Source of the DNA: Octopus bimaculoides
Lineage: Eukaryota
Assembly (NCBI RefSeq): GCF_001194135.2
Contig: NC_068981.1
Coordinates: 55,508,450-55,572,449, forward strand
DNA: 64,000 nt
Direction: 5' to 3'
This document shows positions 24,801-39,500 of the stretch, piece by piece (the first letter of the stretch is position 1; every line of letters begins with the position of its first letter). The position numbers and the translations under genes are program-made. The notes beneath the pieces were generated by a model. That model worked only from the letters and a program-made list of their open reading frames with translations. It was not told the DNA's origin and ran no database searches.

Positions 24801-27800
24801 GGCTGTGGGAAAGACTAGGTATAAGATGATAGTGTGCAAGATAGGAGATTATGCTGGTAATGATATGTTATGGATATGGATGATGACAGCTGAATAAAAG
24901 AAATACTAGGAGATCCCTGTGGAATTGTGAGATCAAGGAAGATATGGACAGAGGTGGTGAGAGATGATCTCAGAATGTTGAGCTTTACAAAGTAGATGGA
25001 AAAAGAAAGCAATAACTGATGGAACAATATGTTGAAGAGGATCTGTCCAACCCATGCAATCATGGAAAAAAGCAATTATAAAAATAATGAACACACACAC
25101 ATGCATATACACATATAGTGTAGCATATAGTTTACAGGTTGTCAATGGAATACAGTTTGTAAGTTTATATATTAAAATTTGTGGTTTCTATTTAAGAATT
25201 TCATTATTGCTATGTGAGCAACATTAAATCTCATCTCCTAGTTGATATTGAAATTACTTTCTTTTCTCTCAGATCTAAATATAATAATATGCTAAAAACC
25301 ATATATTAAAAGTATTTTGTTTCAAACAACTTACTATCACATGATTTGTTAGTGATTTTCTTGTTATACAATATTCTTTCAACAAGGAGCCTATGCCTTA
25401 ATTGCATCCCATTACTAAATAAAGAATCAATGTTATTATATAGTTTTCTGTTTGATTGTAAATTTCTTATAACTTAAGTAGAATTCCTTTACGTTTCTAT
25501 CAGAACAGTAGCTTCTTTTATACCCGGGTAAGCTGAGAACTTACCTCATTCAAAAGAAACTGCTGTCTAAAGCAGCTTCTACTCTACCTAAGGTTGTTTT
25601 TTTTTTCAGTGAAGATTGACTTTTCAGTCACTTACATTGAATCCAGAAAACAATTCTAATTTTTTTTTTTTTTTCTTTTAATTTTAGGAAAATCTAGAAG
25701 TTACATCAAATGCAGTAAAAACATTACAACAATTTTGTAAATGGCAATACAAGCTAAATATTGAAGATGATGCTAATGAACATCATGATGCTGCAATACT
25801 TCTGACAAGGTATGTTTGTACAGCATATTTATCACTGCAATCTCTGATGTTTTGTGCAGTACTTGAAACTTGAGGTATTTTGTAGAACTGATTTCATGTA
25901 GTCTGGAAATCGTTTCACCTCTTCAAAATGTAGGTGGAGTATATCTGAGATGTGAGATTGTTATCTGTTAAACTGTTTCTATCATTATAGAAGTAATGAT
26001 GCCAATGTTCTAGAAATCCTCCAAGGTTAAAATAGAAGAAAGATTTGAACTCTTGGAATTCTGAGTAAAAATTCTTATTTTAAAGCTGTTAAAAATAAAG
26101 CTTTATTTTTTTTTCTTCTTTTAAATGGTAGACAGTAACTTCTGTTCAGTTTCCTAAATTTTGTTTTCCACTACTTGCCTTCTAAAATATTCAGGCAACA
26201 ACATAGGATGAGAAGAAAAGTTTGGTTTATATTACATAGATGAAATTTCTTGTTCGAGATTTCTATATTTAAAGATTTTCATTTTTGATTCTTACTATGA
26301 AGCTTTATAATATATATATTTGTTTCTGTGACATTATGCCCATATCAAATATTTAAAAATATTTTTTCATTCTCTTATGTAAGAACATGTAGAATAAAGT
26401 TGTTCTTATGCACATAACTATACCCCTATTGTATCAGATGTCAGAGTACAAAATTCTTGATTATACAGTTTTTTATCACTTCTCTGGATCAGAACTGTAT
26501 CCTGTAGTATTATATTCTGAAATACAATATTTCTTAACAAATTCTTCATCCTTTCTATGTTCAAACTTTTTCAAATAGTAAGAAACTTAACAAACAAGAA
26601 TTTTTAATAAAATATTTTAAATCTAGCCACCAACTACCCTTTTGTTTTGTTACATATAATGAAAATATAATTTTCACAGCCCTACTGGTGTTTTTGCCCA
26701 GAACTTCATATCAATTTATTACATTTTGTAAAGTGAAGACAATGTAAAGTCAAGAGGACCATTTACAGTTGCCAAGAACATGAGAACCTCTCCAGAGTTG
26801 ATGTAATAAAATGCACTCAGTACTTCATTCTGTTAAGTGGTTTGTGTTAGGAAGGGCATTCAGTCCTTCCTAACCTTGCCCAAAATAGAATGTACAAATA
26901 AAACATCTAGGAAGGCAGTAACTTTGTATAAGAACTGACTCAGTCCACAATGACCCATCCTACTTTTGCCAACATGGAAAGCAGAAGCAAAATTGGGATG
27001 ATGATAATTATGATGAACAAAGTTTTCCTCAAAAAGAGGATATGACCAGTAGGTTTCAATCTGAGAGTATTCACTTACTTGCAAGCTGAGATCATGATAT
27101 ACTTCATATATATAATTCAAACCTCATTTCACTATAATCATTAATATTATTGGGAAATACATAAACTTCCTATCCTCTGCACCCAAAGTACAAAGTTTTG
27201 GACCTAATAAAAACTAACCAATAATTTATTAACTATTTGTGTCATGTGTCAGTCAGCTGATATAAGCTACACAATAAGCTTATTCTGTGATCCAGTATCA
27301 AATCCTGATAGTTGATAGAGACCATAACATTTTATTGACATGATTAATACTCCTGGTGATCAATTTACAAAACTGTATTTAAACTCCTTTAGTCTTTAAT
27401 AATTTTTTATTCTTCTTCTCTATTGACTACTTCAGCCAAATTTTCTTTACTTACTATTTTTTCGCTTACTCCCACTATCCTTTGGATTGTTTTAATCTAT
27501 TTCATGTCATATTTATCTAATAGGATTTTTCTATTAATCATTTCATTTAACATAAAAACACTCTTTATGTCCTATCTCATCATCATCTGTTCCTAGCTCC
27601 GATGTCTGCTTAGTCAGAACTGACTTGGGTCAACACAGTAACTTCTACTGTTTAAAAAATTCTTTAAACTCAAGCATTTTTTATTATCAAATGGTAGACA
27701 GAAATAATGAAATTAGAGTAGTTAATATGGAGTTTGAGAAGATGAAAATGTGTGTGAGGAGCAAAACTCTAAAAGGCAACAGTTATGAAGATAAAGGGCT

Positions 27801-30621
27801 TAAGAGAGATAAATCAGGGCCAATAAGAAGTTGTAAAGGTAGTTCTAAAAGGAAGAATATATTATTGTTGTTGTAGTTGTTGTTATTATTATTATTTTTC
27901 ATCTCACAAAATTTTCTGGAAAAAAATTCTTAGTGGGCAAAATTCTTAAGTAGCAAAGATGAAATTCTGAAAAGATGGGCTGAACACTTTACATCCCTTT
28001 TAAATCAAGAATCTACAACTGATCCTGAAGTAATTAATGAAATCCTTCAGAGGCCTATAATTGAAGAACTTGCAAAAGATCCTTTCTTGGAAGAGATAAA
28101 TACTGCTATTAAAAAACTTCCCAATGGTAAAGCTCCTGGACAAGATGGTATTCCCATAGAAGTGTACAAGCAGGGTGGTGGACAACTTGTAAGAAAGCTG
28201 CACAAATTGATCTGTTTGATCTGGGAAAGTGGACCTCTTTCCCAACAGTTCAAAGATACATCTGTAATGCACTTGTACAAAAACAAAAAGTGTTTGTGAT
28301 AATCACAGAGGAATAAGTTTATTGTGCATAGCTGAAAAAATTTTTGCAAGGGTGATTCTTAAATGCATCAGTATATATCCTGAATCCCAATGTAGATTTT
28401 GGGCTGGGAGAGGCACAGTTGACATGATTTTTGTTCTTTGGCAAGTTCAAGAAAAAGTATGTGAGCAAAATACTGACTTGTGCAAGGTCTTTGTCAACTT
28501 GACCAAGGCCTTTCATACAGTGAATTATGAGGCACTCTGGAAAATTTTGTCAAAAGTTGGTCTTCCAGATAAAATGATAAGAGTAATAGTATATTTGCAT
28601 GAAAGAATGGCAGCAACAGTGATATCTAGCAGTCAATGTTCAGGGGCATTTTCTGTTACCACCTTAACCAAACAGGGCTATGTTTTAGCTACTGTACATT
28701 TTTCCATATTCTTTTCGATGATGTTCTAACATGCTTTTAAGGACTACAATGAGAGGTGTAAAACTTCAATTTTACACAGAAGGAGGTCAGCTAAACCTAA
28801 AAGGGCAAAGTTTCAGATCACAGAAAAAGACCAAAGAAGAGATTCTATGTGACTTTCTGTTTGTTGATGATTGTACTTTGATTTCTCATACATTTGAGGG
28901 AATTCAGGAAATAGTTGACAGGTTTGCTGCAGCAGCTCATACATTTGAACTGACTATTAGCATTAAAAAAACTTAAGTTTTATTCCAGCCAAAGCCTAGG
29001 ACAGAACAAACTCTAGATTCAATTGTGATGATTGACAATAAGCCAGTCAAATGGGTCAAGTCATTTAAATATCTTGAAAGTGCAGTAAACTTTAAGAGTA
29101 CTCTTGATGATGAAATCAATGTTAGATTATCAAAGGCATTTGAAAACTTCTCCAGCATTTGTGGCATAAACATGGTGTCAGTTTGAAAGCTAAAATAAAT
29201 GTATACAAATCTTGTATTTTGAGCACCCTTTTGTATGGAGCAGAAGCATGGACTCCCTACTACAGACATACAAAGAAACTTGAAACCTTTCACATGTTCT
29301 GTCTGCATAATATTTGCAACATGAAATGGCAGGATAAGATGTTAAATATCAAAATCTTAGAAAAATGTGATATCTCCAGTATCAAAAGCATGCTGCTAAG
29401 AATTCAGTGCAGATTAGTCAGACATGTTGTTCGAATGAAAGATGATCGTATTCCGAAAATTCTTTTGTACAGTCAAAAAGTAGAGGGATATTGTGGTAAA
29501 GGAAAACCTGTCCTTAAGTATAAGGATAAGTTAAAGCAATCACTAAAATTTCTACAGCTTAACTTAACATCTTGGGAAAGTCATTGCCCAGATCAATCTG
29601 CATGGCATAAAATGTGTCATGATGCATCAAAACAATTTGAGTTAAAGAAACAGATCAATAAAAGAATTATATCCTGCAATCAGCAGACAAATTTGTCCAA
29701 TCTCAGGCAAAATCAGAATCATCAGTTTTCCCATTGTGACTTCATAGCAAAATCCATACCTGGACTCAAATTACATTCATGTATCCATTGCAAATAGATG
29801 CAGCTTCTTTTATTTTTAAACCTTTTTTTTTCTTTTCTGAAATCCTCTCCTTCAAATATTCATGCATCAAAATTGACAGGAGTGACCATCATTATTATGA
29901 TCATAGTCGAGGGAGAAAGAAAATAGAATTCAATGGATATAGTCTGAAGATTTTGTATAAGGAGAGTATTTATCAGTTTTTATGATTGCTACCAAATATA
30001 GGACCAGTATTCTTTGTGGTGTATATTTCTCTTTCTTTTACATGTTTCCTCTTTATAGGAATAAAGTATATTATAGAACATTTTATTTATTTTTAAGTAA
30101 GTATTGTTGTAGTAAGCAAGGACAAAAGTTATCAAACATTTTTTCTAGATACTACAGCCTCTAAACAACATGTATATGAATGAGATAGCTTGTAGTAAAA
30201 TTTTCACATACTATTCATATTATTTAACATCTGCTCATAATATAGCAATGTCAAAAAGTGCAAGCATGCCTGTCTCATTGTAAATAGAATTTTGCTCTGT
30301 TGACCTCACTAGTGAAATTAACTTGAATTATGTATTTTTTAAAAAATATAATAAAGGCAAGGCTGCTTAATGACTAACTCCATCCTGCTGACAATGAAAC
30401 ACGCATCATCTTGTTAGAACATTAAATCTAAAGGGGAACTAAAAGTATTCAATTATTTTTGTATGAGTCCCTTAGAAAATTCAGTTACTATATTTCATAA
30501 GTGTCTATTTCACCAGTTGATAACTTCCTATGACTGCTCCTCATTTTCAAAGATGAATGATGAATAAGCTCATACTTGTTTTGTAGAAGTTAACTATATT
30601 TTGTCTTCTTTTTCTTTCTTC

Positions 30622-30655
<34 letters not shown>

Positions 30656-33008
30656 GGTGTGTCTTCCACTTGATAAAGTGACTACTTTTCATCATCAGTA
30701 TTGTTTATATCACCACCCACCTGTTTAATATCCGATGTTTTTTGGGGGGTTTTTGGGGGGGGCTTTTTTTTTGTCAGATCTGAAAAAATTTGGTAAACCA
30801 CAACAGATTTCAAGAGCGGTTAAGCTAATTCAAACTTAAGGAAGAAAGGTTCTAGTACCCCTGGCTGGACAACTGAACTAAAAAGCTGTACTTTTCATTG
30901 TTGCACAAACATTGCTTTATACTCCTGAGAAAAAAAAAAGATCATTTATTAAATGATTAGGTATCATTATGGATGTTACTTTCAATGTGTATTTAAGTAA
31001 ATGTTGGAAATTTCATAATCCTCAACAAGCATGGCTGTGTGGTTGAAATTTTTACTTCTGGACCACATAGCTTTGAGCTCAGTCACACTGTGTGATATCT
31101 TTTGGGTCACATGGTGGGACTTCTCTTGCAGTCCCTGGTTAACTTAAAGCCTTATGAGTGAATATGGTTGATAAAAACTAAAAGAAGCCTGTGGTGTGTG
31201 TGTGTGTCCTTACCATTACAAGCAGTGTCATTTGTTTCCAGTCTTCAGTGAAAAGCATGTCTCACCATAAGGAAATATTACTTTGCTTGAAAACAAGTGA
31301 GGGCATCCAGGTGTAGAAAATCTGCTTCAATGAATTTCATTTAATTTGTGCAAGATGGAAAAGTGGACATTAAAACAATGACGATGATGACACTGACAGG
31401 TGATGATGGCAACAATGATGATGATGAGGAGGAGGATGACAAAAGCAATGATGACAACAATCTATATTACAATGGATGGAAGAAATAAACACATAAAAAC
31501 TGTTAAATAATTTGTATGTCATTTGGGTTGTTATATTTCAAATAATGCGAATATATTACAATTCTTGGTTTTAGGCAAAACATGTGCAGGTCAGAGAACA
31601 ACTGTGAAACGTTAGGTAAGTTCTATCTCTTATTAAGCTTAACCCTTTCATTTAGTATGCCAAGTTAAAAGCTTATTATCTTATTTTCCATATTACTTAA
31701 ATACAATTAACATGAAATTACTTGCATTGCTCTTAGAATTATTTTCCAAGTCTCCCATTACTCAATTGCTTACAGTTCTTATCTGCAGTGGATAATGGTA
31801 GTACCGCCATTGTTTATACTGGATAGTTATAAACTACTATTTCTTGCTAGCCAAGTGATGCCATTATCTATCAACGTGTATATATTTTGTTGTTCTATGT
31901 TACTCCAGTCATACTTATAGAAAATGAAAAAAGTGAGAGTTAAAAAGATATATCTGAAATAATGCTAACGTTTCACTAACTCTATATCAAGTATTGTGAA
32001 TTGCTTATAACAGCATGCTTAAGCAACTTTAGTTGCTAAACCGGTAATTGTATAGTGACTGTCAGCTTATCAAAATTTCCTTTGATTTCAATATGGGATG
32101 AAGCTTATAACAATGATAAATATACTCTTTTCATCCTATGTTGTCCACTTTTTGTAATCTATACTTACTGTATACAACATTATAGATTGGCAGCAATAAA
32201 GCCACAGAAACAGTAGTGTACTAGACTAAATGCCTTTAGCATTTAGAATTTTCTGTTTATACTCTGGGATTGTAATATGGTGACTTTTACCTTTCGTAAT
32301 CCCAGGACCCAGGATCAATAAAATAAGTATTAGTTGATTTTATCAATACACCTTCACTTAAAACTTTGTGTTTTTATGTCAAATAAATAAATAAATGCTG
32401 TTAAAAAGCAAAATTGCTGCTTAGTAAAGGAAGGTACTGAACTTTGAAGATTCCACTGTCTGTACCATTTTCCTACCCACAATTATTTTTAGAATCACAC
32501 TTTTTAATAATCTTTTATGTAGGTTTGGCTGAACTTGGGACTATGTGTGATATGAAAAGAAACTGTGCTATTATTCAGGATAATGGTCTTGGTTCAGCTT
32601 ATACTATTGCCCATGAGTTGGGGCACTTGTAAGTATTGGCTTTCAATTCAGCTTATATTATTTAAAATTATGAACAGGTAACTATTCTTTTAATGTAAGG
32701 AAATATATGTTATTATTATTATTGATTTTTGTCTGTTAGATACATGTGATTAAGTTTATAAAACAATTTAAAATTTCCATGTAACTAATCTTATTTCTTA
32801 TTTGTGTGTGGATGGGGAGGGTGACTTAAGCAGAAAAATAGAACTCAAAATATGAATACATATATTTTTAGTTAATCAGCAGAAGTTACAAATTGACTGA
32901 AAGGTTGAGAGTTTCATGCATTGGCACTTATCACGAAACATTCAGTATGGAACTCTCAGCCCTTGAGTTACTTTGTAACTTCTGCCGATTAAAGTGTATA
33001 TGTGTATG

Positions 33009-33056
<48 letters not shown>

Positions 33057-33452
33057 CACACACACACACTCACACGTCCCCCACACACACACACACATGC
33101 ACACACACACTCACACGCCCCCCACACACACACACACACAAAAGTTGGCTTCTCTAATACCAGTACCATGACAATGGGTTGGTGAATAGAGACAATGTAA
33201 TATGTCTTGTTGAGAACATGGTAATCTCTTTAGTGTTGGTAACATGATAAAATGTGCAGTGAAACTTGGTCCCTTAACCCAATTAGGAGGGCAGTAATTC
33301 TGAATAAGAACTGATTCAGATAGTGATGACCCATCAAACTTGTGCTAGTATGGAAAGTGGATATGAAATGTTGATGATGGTGACGATGATGCTAGCTATG
33401 ATAACATGCAAGCATGAAAAAGTAGACGTTAAAACAATGATCATGATGACGA

Positions 33453-33527
<75 letters not shown>

Positions 33528-36500
33528 GCACTTTTCTTGTGAGATTATTGAAATTTTGTATTAAAAATAAAGGTTTTTCTGTTTAAACCTCATCTCAAAA
33601 ATTTGCATATGTAATCATAATTATTCTGATCGTCTTCATTATCACCATGATAATCACCATTATAATCATTATGATATTTCAACAAACAGAAAGATGATTA
33701 CATTGCTTGTGATGATGTTGAATGATGATACAAATGCTAATGAAGGTGAAGTCTGCTATTACACTTAAGGATAATAATAATGATGAGGATGTTGGTTGTA
33801 ATAGTGTTTCATGTCTTAGTTTTTGAAGGGTTTTCATTTTTTATTCACCTCTTATGTTCCCCAGATTTAACTTACCTCATGATGACAGTGACAAATGCAA
33901 AGAGATTACTTCTGTCAGTGACCAAAGTAGTCATGGTACATACCATATCATGTCCCCAACATTAGATTATGATTCCAGTGGATGGCTTTGGTCAGATTGC
34001 AGTGCGGTTCTTCTCACCAAATTTATTGAGTATGTAAAAGATTATTTGATTTTGAAGTATGTGTGATTTTGTGTGTGTGTGTTCATTTTCGTATGTGTAC
34101 GTTAGTATTTGTGTACCTTATATGTGCATACTTGCATCAGAGTATGGGAAAGTGTTTTAAAATAGAGTTGTTTTAATTTATCTTTTATCATTAAAATTTT
34201 TCATACTCTTTTAATAAATTCTTTCTTCGGTAATATTTTCAAAATTAAAGGATTTAAATTTGATAATTTAATAAAAAAAAAAATTTTATATTCTCGAATT
34301 TGTGAAAATGTGTACTCCAAGGAAACCATTGACCCCTTTATTTGTAATGATTTCTCCATGGATTATCTCCCTTACAACGGAATCCATCAGGGATGACAAT
34401 CAGCTTTCAGAAAAACATTTAAGCTTGATATAAAACAGAAATTATGTTTAATATGTTGTTGTATAGCCCATATTGATCCTNNNNNNNNNNNNNNNNNNNN
34501 NNNNNNNNNNNNNNNNNNNNNNNNNNNNNNNNNNNNNNNNNNNNNNNNNNNNNNNNNNNNNNNNNNNNNNNNNNNNNNNNNNNNNNNNNNNNNNNNNNNN
34601 NNNGATTGTATTATGTGATCTTGTAGTTTTATATTTTATAATTTTGAAGACATCTAGACCACCTTATTAGTTTCTATTAAGCTATCCAGTTATATTGATC
34701 TCCATTGAAATATCACTATCTTTGTCACCATAGGGTTCTAATTTTAATAAAGTTTTCTAAATCTGTAATTTATACTGAAATTCCTAAATGGAATCATTAC
34801 ATCATTAATACTCTTACCTGACTGTTTCTCCATATCTCTGCTATAATAATCCTAAAATATTATTTTAGCATTACAAATTATTATTCCTTAACTCTGAGAA
34901 TATTTTATGAGTATTGAGCTCATTTCTGATTAAAAGGTAATTATTCTTTAAACCAAATACAATAAATCAAATTTACTACTTTATATGCTTGCATTGCTCA
35001 CTGAAAGTATAAAATATCATTCTAGTTATGTGAAAACTTTCTTTATATTTATTTATCAATCATTATTTACTTTCAGTTTAGACTATGCAGAATGTCTCCT
35101 AAATAAACCATTTATCAAAAAGTATCAAAGATTTCGTTCAAGAGAAAAGTATCTTCCACCTGGACTAAAATATGATGTAGACACTCAATGCCGTCTGGCA
35201 TTTGGGCGAAATTCATACAGTTGTCCAACAAGAACAAGTGTGAGTTCATCTACAATTGGCTTTTATTATTGTTTTATTTTTTATTAATGCATTTATAATT
35301 GTCGGAGCTCTGAAATATTGTCATAATTGTTCATAATTGTTTGCAATGATACTGAAATGAAATTGTTTGGCATACACTTGCATTAAAGTATAACATTTTA
35401 AAACATCTCAAGTTTCTTAAATGAAAGAAAACTATTTGAACAATCATCTAAGTTCAATGTTTGATTACAAAAAGTTGGAAAGAAATGAATATGAGATCCA
35501 TTTCTTCATTGATTGAGGTCAAATATATGTAGACTCTGCTACATGTAATTAAACTTACCTTAATGACTTATTACTGTTGATATAAAAGAAAAGTTACATT
35601 TCTGATATTTGAAATAAATTACTTAACTTCATTTGCTAGAAATTTTAAGAATTCTTAACCTTTTCTGATATTAATTCTTTTCAAACTGTATTTCATTAGT
35701 TTGCATGTTCCCGTTTATGGTGTATTGGAGACACAGAGGAAACTTGTCATTCTGAGAATTTTCCATGGGCTGATGGAACACCTTGTGGTGCAGCAAAGGT
35801 GATTTGTTTTTCCTTGTTTCCCTTTTATATTCAGGATTTTTTTCTCACAATGAAAATACATATATTTTATATATAACTTTATATATCACTTTTAATTTTG
35901 GAAATTGTCAAAAAAGAAAAAAATTCTTCATATATTTACTAACTATAATTTTAAAGCAACAAATGGTCTAACAGATTTTTTTATTGTTACAGTGGTGTCA
36001 AAATGGTGTTTGCGTTATAAAAAGACACTTTGAAAAAGTTGATGGTAACTGGGGCAATTGGAGTGAATATGATGAATGTACCTTTTCCTGTGGTGGTGGC
36101 ATAAAGAAATCAAAGCGTGAATGTAATAACCCCATGTAAGTAATGTGCTGGAATATTTTACTTCAAATGCTCTGAAAAGTGTAACAAATTTTTTTACTAA
36201 TTTTCTACAGCTGATTTACTGAGATTATTTACTCATTTTTTTAAAGAATGTTTATCATAAGCATTCCAAGAACATCTTTCCTTTTTAGTTTCTAAATACT
36301 ACATATGTGAGATATTGGCTGAACAGTGTAGCATATTTAACTTTCAACTGTAAATTTATATTGCCTGTAGATATTTTATTCTGTTTTTAACGCAAAAATA
36401 TTTAATTATGTATAACCTATACTTCACAACTGGATAAGCACCAGGTCTTCTGTGAGACTAGTTCAAGAAATTATTAGTATTCTGTTCAAAATATTTATTT

Positions 36501-39500
36501 CATCAATTTATGCTGTAGGAAATGTTATTAAGTATTTGTATTAAGGATTTCAACGATCATAAAATGGTTAACATCATACAAGTCCATCCTGTGCAAACAT
36601 GGGGAAAAAATCACAGGCATAAAATGATAATAAGTTGAAAAATAAGACAGAGTACAATCAGTAAATTATATGAGATTCGCTTCAGTTATTACTGCATACA
36701 CAACCTTATTAACAAGCCATTATATGGATAGTAATTATGAATACCTCAAAATAATACATCTTTACAATATTTTTTGTGGTATTGTCATAAAATACTAATT
36801 TATACTTTAATGTAAAACTAGTTAAAAAAAAAGATATAGAATTATCATATTCCTAGAATTTAGTAAATTTAGATAATATCAAGCATAATTTATTGAATCT
36901 TAAATCATTTCTAACTGTGTTACTCTAAGTTCTAGTTAAAGCTATAAATAATAACATGTACAATATTGTATTAAAAAAACCCATTAGGTTGAAAAAAATT
37001 GAAGGCTGCCCTTCAACTTTTTTAACCCAATATTCTACACACCATTATTTATAGCCTTATCTACTCTGAGTTTCACCAATTATACAATTTATTTCCTATC
37101 TTTTAAAGTTTCTAAATTCTTATGATATAAACAACATTGAAATAGTAAATTTTTTTACATTGCAAATACATTGTTTTAAACAAATAAAATTACTGTAATC
37201 CTGCATTGTTTTTGTAAGCAATTTTAATGAGAACTTAATTATTTTTGCAGACCAAAACATGGTGGTGCTTATTGTATTGGAAAAAGAATAAAATATAAAT
37301 CTTGCAATACTAAGGTAAAAAATTTTTCCTTCTATTTTCTTAACTTTAACTGAGGAAAACAATTTGCAGTATTTACTTAAAGGTTGGAAGCTGGCAGAAC
37401 CGTTAACATGCCAGGCAAAATGATTATTTTGTCCCTCTTTACATTCTGAGTTCAAATTCTGCCGAGGTCAACTTTGCCTTTCATCTTTCTGGAGTTGATA
37501 AGACGAGTACCAGTTGAGCACTGGGGTCGATATAATTGGCTTACCCCCTCCTTCAAAATTGCTGACTTTGTGCCAACATTTGAAATCAATATTTACTTCC
37601 AGTTCTATACATTCTAAATTCAAATTTTACCCATGTCAACATTCTCTTTCATCTTTTCAGTGCCAATAAAAAGAAGTACCAGTCAGGTACTAAGATCAAT
37701 TTAATTGTCTACCCAGCTACCTAAATTTCTGGCCTTGTGCCTGGCAGAATCATTAGAACGCCAAGCAAAATGCTCATGACATTTCTTTTGACTTTACATT
37801 CTGGGTTCAAATTCCACCAAGGTTAACTTTGTCTTTCATCCTTTCAGGATTGATAAAATAAGTACCAGTAGAGCATTGCAGTTGATGTAATCAACTAATC
37901 CCCCCCCCCCACTAAAATTGCTGGCTTTTTCCCAAAATTTAAACCCATTATCATTATTATTCTTATTGGCCAGCAGAGGCATGACAAAATTAATAAAGTG
38001 CCTGGGAAAATATTTTGTTGTTTCTAAACTATACCCCTTTTTCTATCCACTATACTTTATTTTAACTGTCATCTTTCTAAGATCAATGAAATAATTACCA
38101 CTGAAACATTATGGTTAAATTAGCATATTCCTTCTAAAACATATGTGGTCTTGTACATATCTAACATATTCCTTCTTCTTTTATTTCAACTTTTGGATCA
38201 TATTAAACACTTTATAACTAATCATTTCTCGCTAGATTTGCATTCCCTGGGTTTCTATTTCTCCCCACGTTTTTCCTGCAGACACCAACATACCTGATGT
38301 TCAAAGTGAACATCAACCACATCAGTTTCATCAGTTAGATAATATCAAGCGTAAAATATTCAACAGTTAGATAATATCAGCAGATAATATCAAGCATAAT
38401 TTATCGAATCTTAAATCATTTTTAATTGTGTTACTCTAAGTTCTAGATAAAGTTATAAATGATAGCAAGTACAATATTGTGTTAAAAAAAACCCATTAGT
38501 TGAGAAAAAAGTTGAAGGCTGCCCTTCAACTTTTTTAACCCAATATTCTACACACCATTATTTATAGCTTTATCTACTCTGAGTTTCACTATGTCACACA
38601 CACTATCAGTCTAAAGATCACTTCATAATACCCTCATTCCTTCTCAAAGTCATCCAGCCACTTAGATGGATGTCACTTCCTTTATGACCTTTAGATGGCC
38701 TGATGCTCTCCTTGTCCAGCAGGTATCCAGAATGTGACACAGCATTCCATCATCTGATGGGTTGCTTCAAGAGTTCTCTTCCATCACCCTTCCTCTTCCC
38801 CATTGAGTTTTGCACCATATATTGGATGGCAAACCCCATCTCTGATCTGAATGGATGCATGTCCTTCCTCTTCCTCAAAATGTTGCGGTACTATGTAAAC
38901 AAAGACGCCTACATGTGTTTCCATATCTGAACACTACTCTTTGTGAGACCAACATCTCAGTTTGTCCTGACCTGGGCAGCATGTTGTTCCAGAAGATTAT
39001 CTTAATTAGTGAGATTTGTTCCCTCTTGGCCATGGCCTTGATTGTGGCAATGGTTTCTTTCCAGAATCCTGTTTCCACTCAGCCTATATTCTGCTCTGAA
39101 GAAGCATCTGATGTACCATCTGCTAAGTGTTTCCTTCTGCAACCCTGAACAAAATACTGTACTGTTGTCCATCAATAGCTCGTCCCCCAAGCCCCCTGCA
39201 GTTTCATTTACAGTCCCTATCCTAATTTCTCTCTATATTGCCATCCACCCTGGTCCGTAGTCAATCATTGAGAGGTACAATCTTTCCTGGCAATGTATCA
39301 TATCAATTGCCAGCTTCTTCCAACCTTATTTTATTTTGAATCAATTTGGCAATTAACTGTACTTAAAATTACGTTTATTCTAGACTTCTGAAGCATGCAG
39401 AGAGATTATTTTATTTAATATTTTTAAATATATCAATTCCTCAATTAGAAATGTCCAGAAAATACCAAAGATTTCAGAGCTGCACAGTGTTCAGAATTTA

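Noticed and set aside
32893-33531. Several ORFs rich in HT, CV or YI dipeptides (also at 11117-11425, 50203-50572 and 62258-62609)
   Set aside because: They are (CA)n, (TG)n and (TA)n microsatellites read in frame.
37381-37950. Repeat-spacer-like periodicity suggesting a CRISPR-like array
   Set aside because: The units are about 170-200-bp diverged SINE copies that are dispersed elsewhere in the window; the context is eukaryotic and there are no cas genes.
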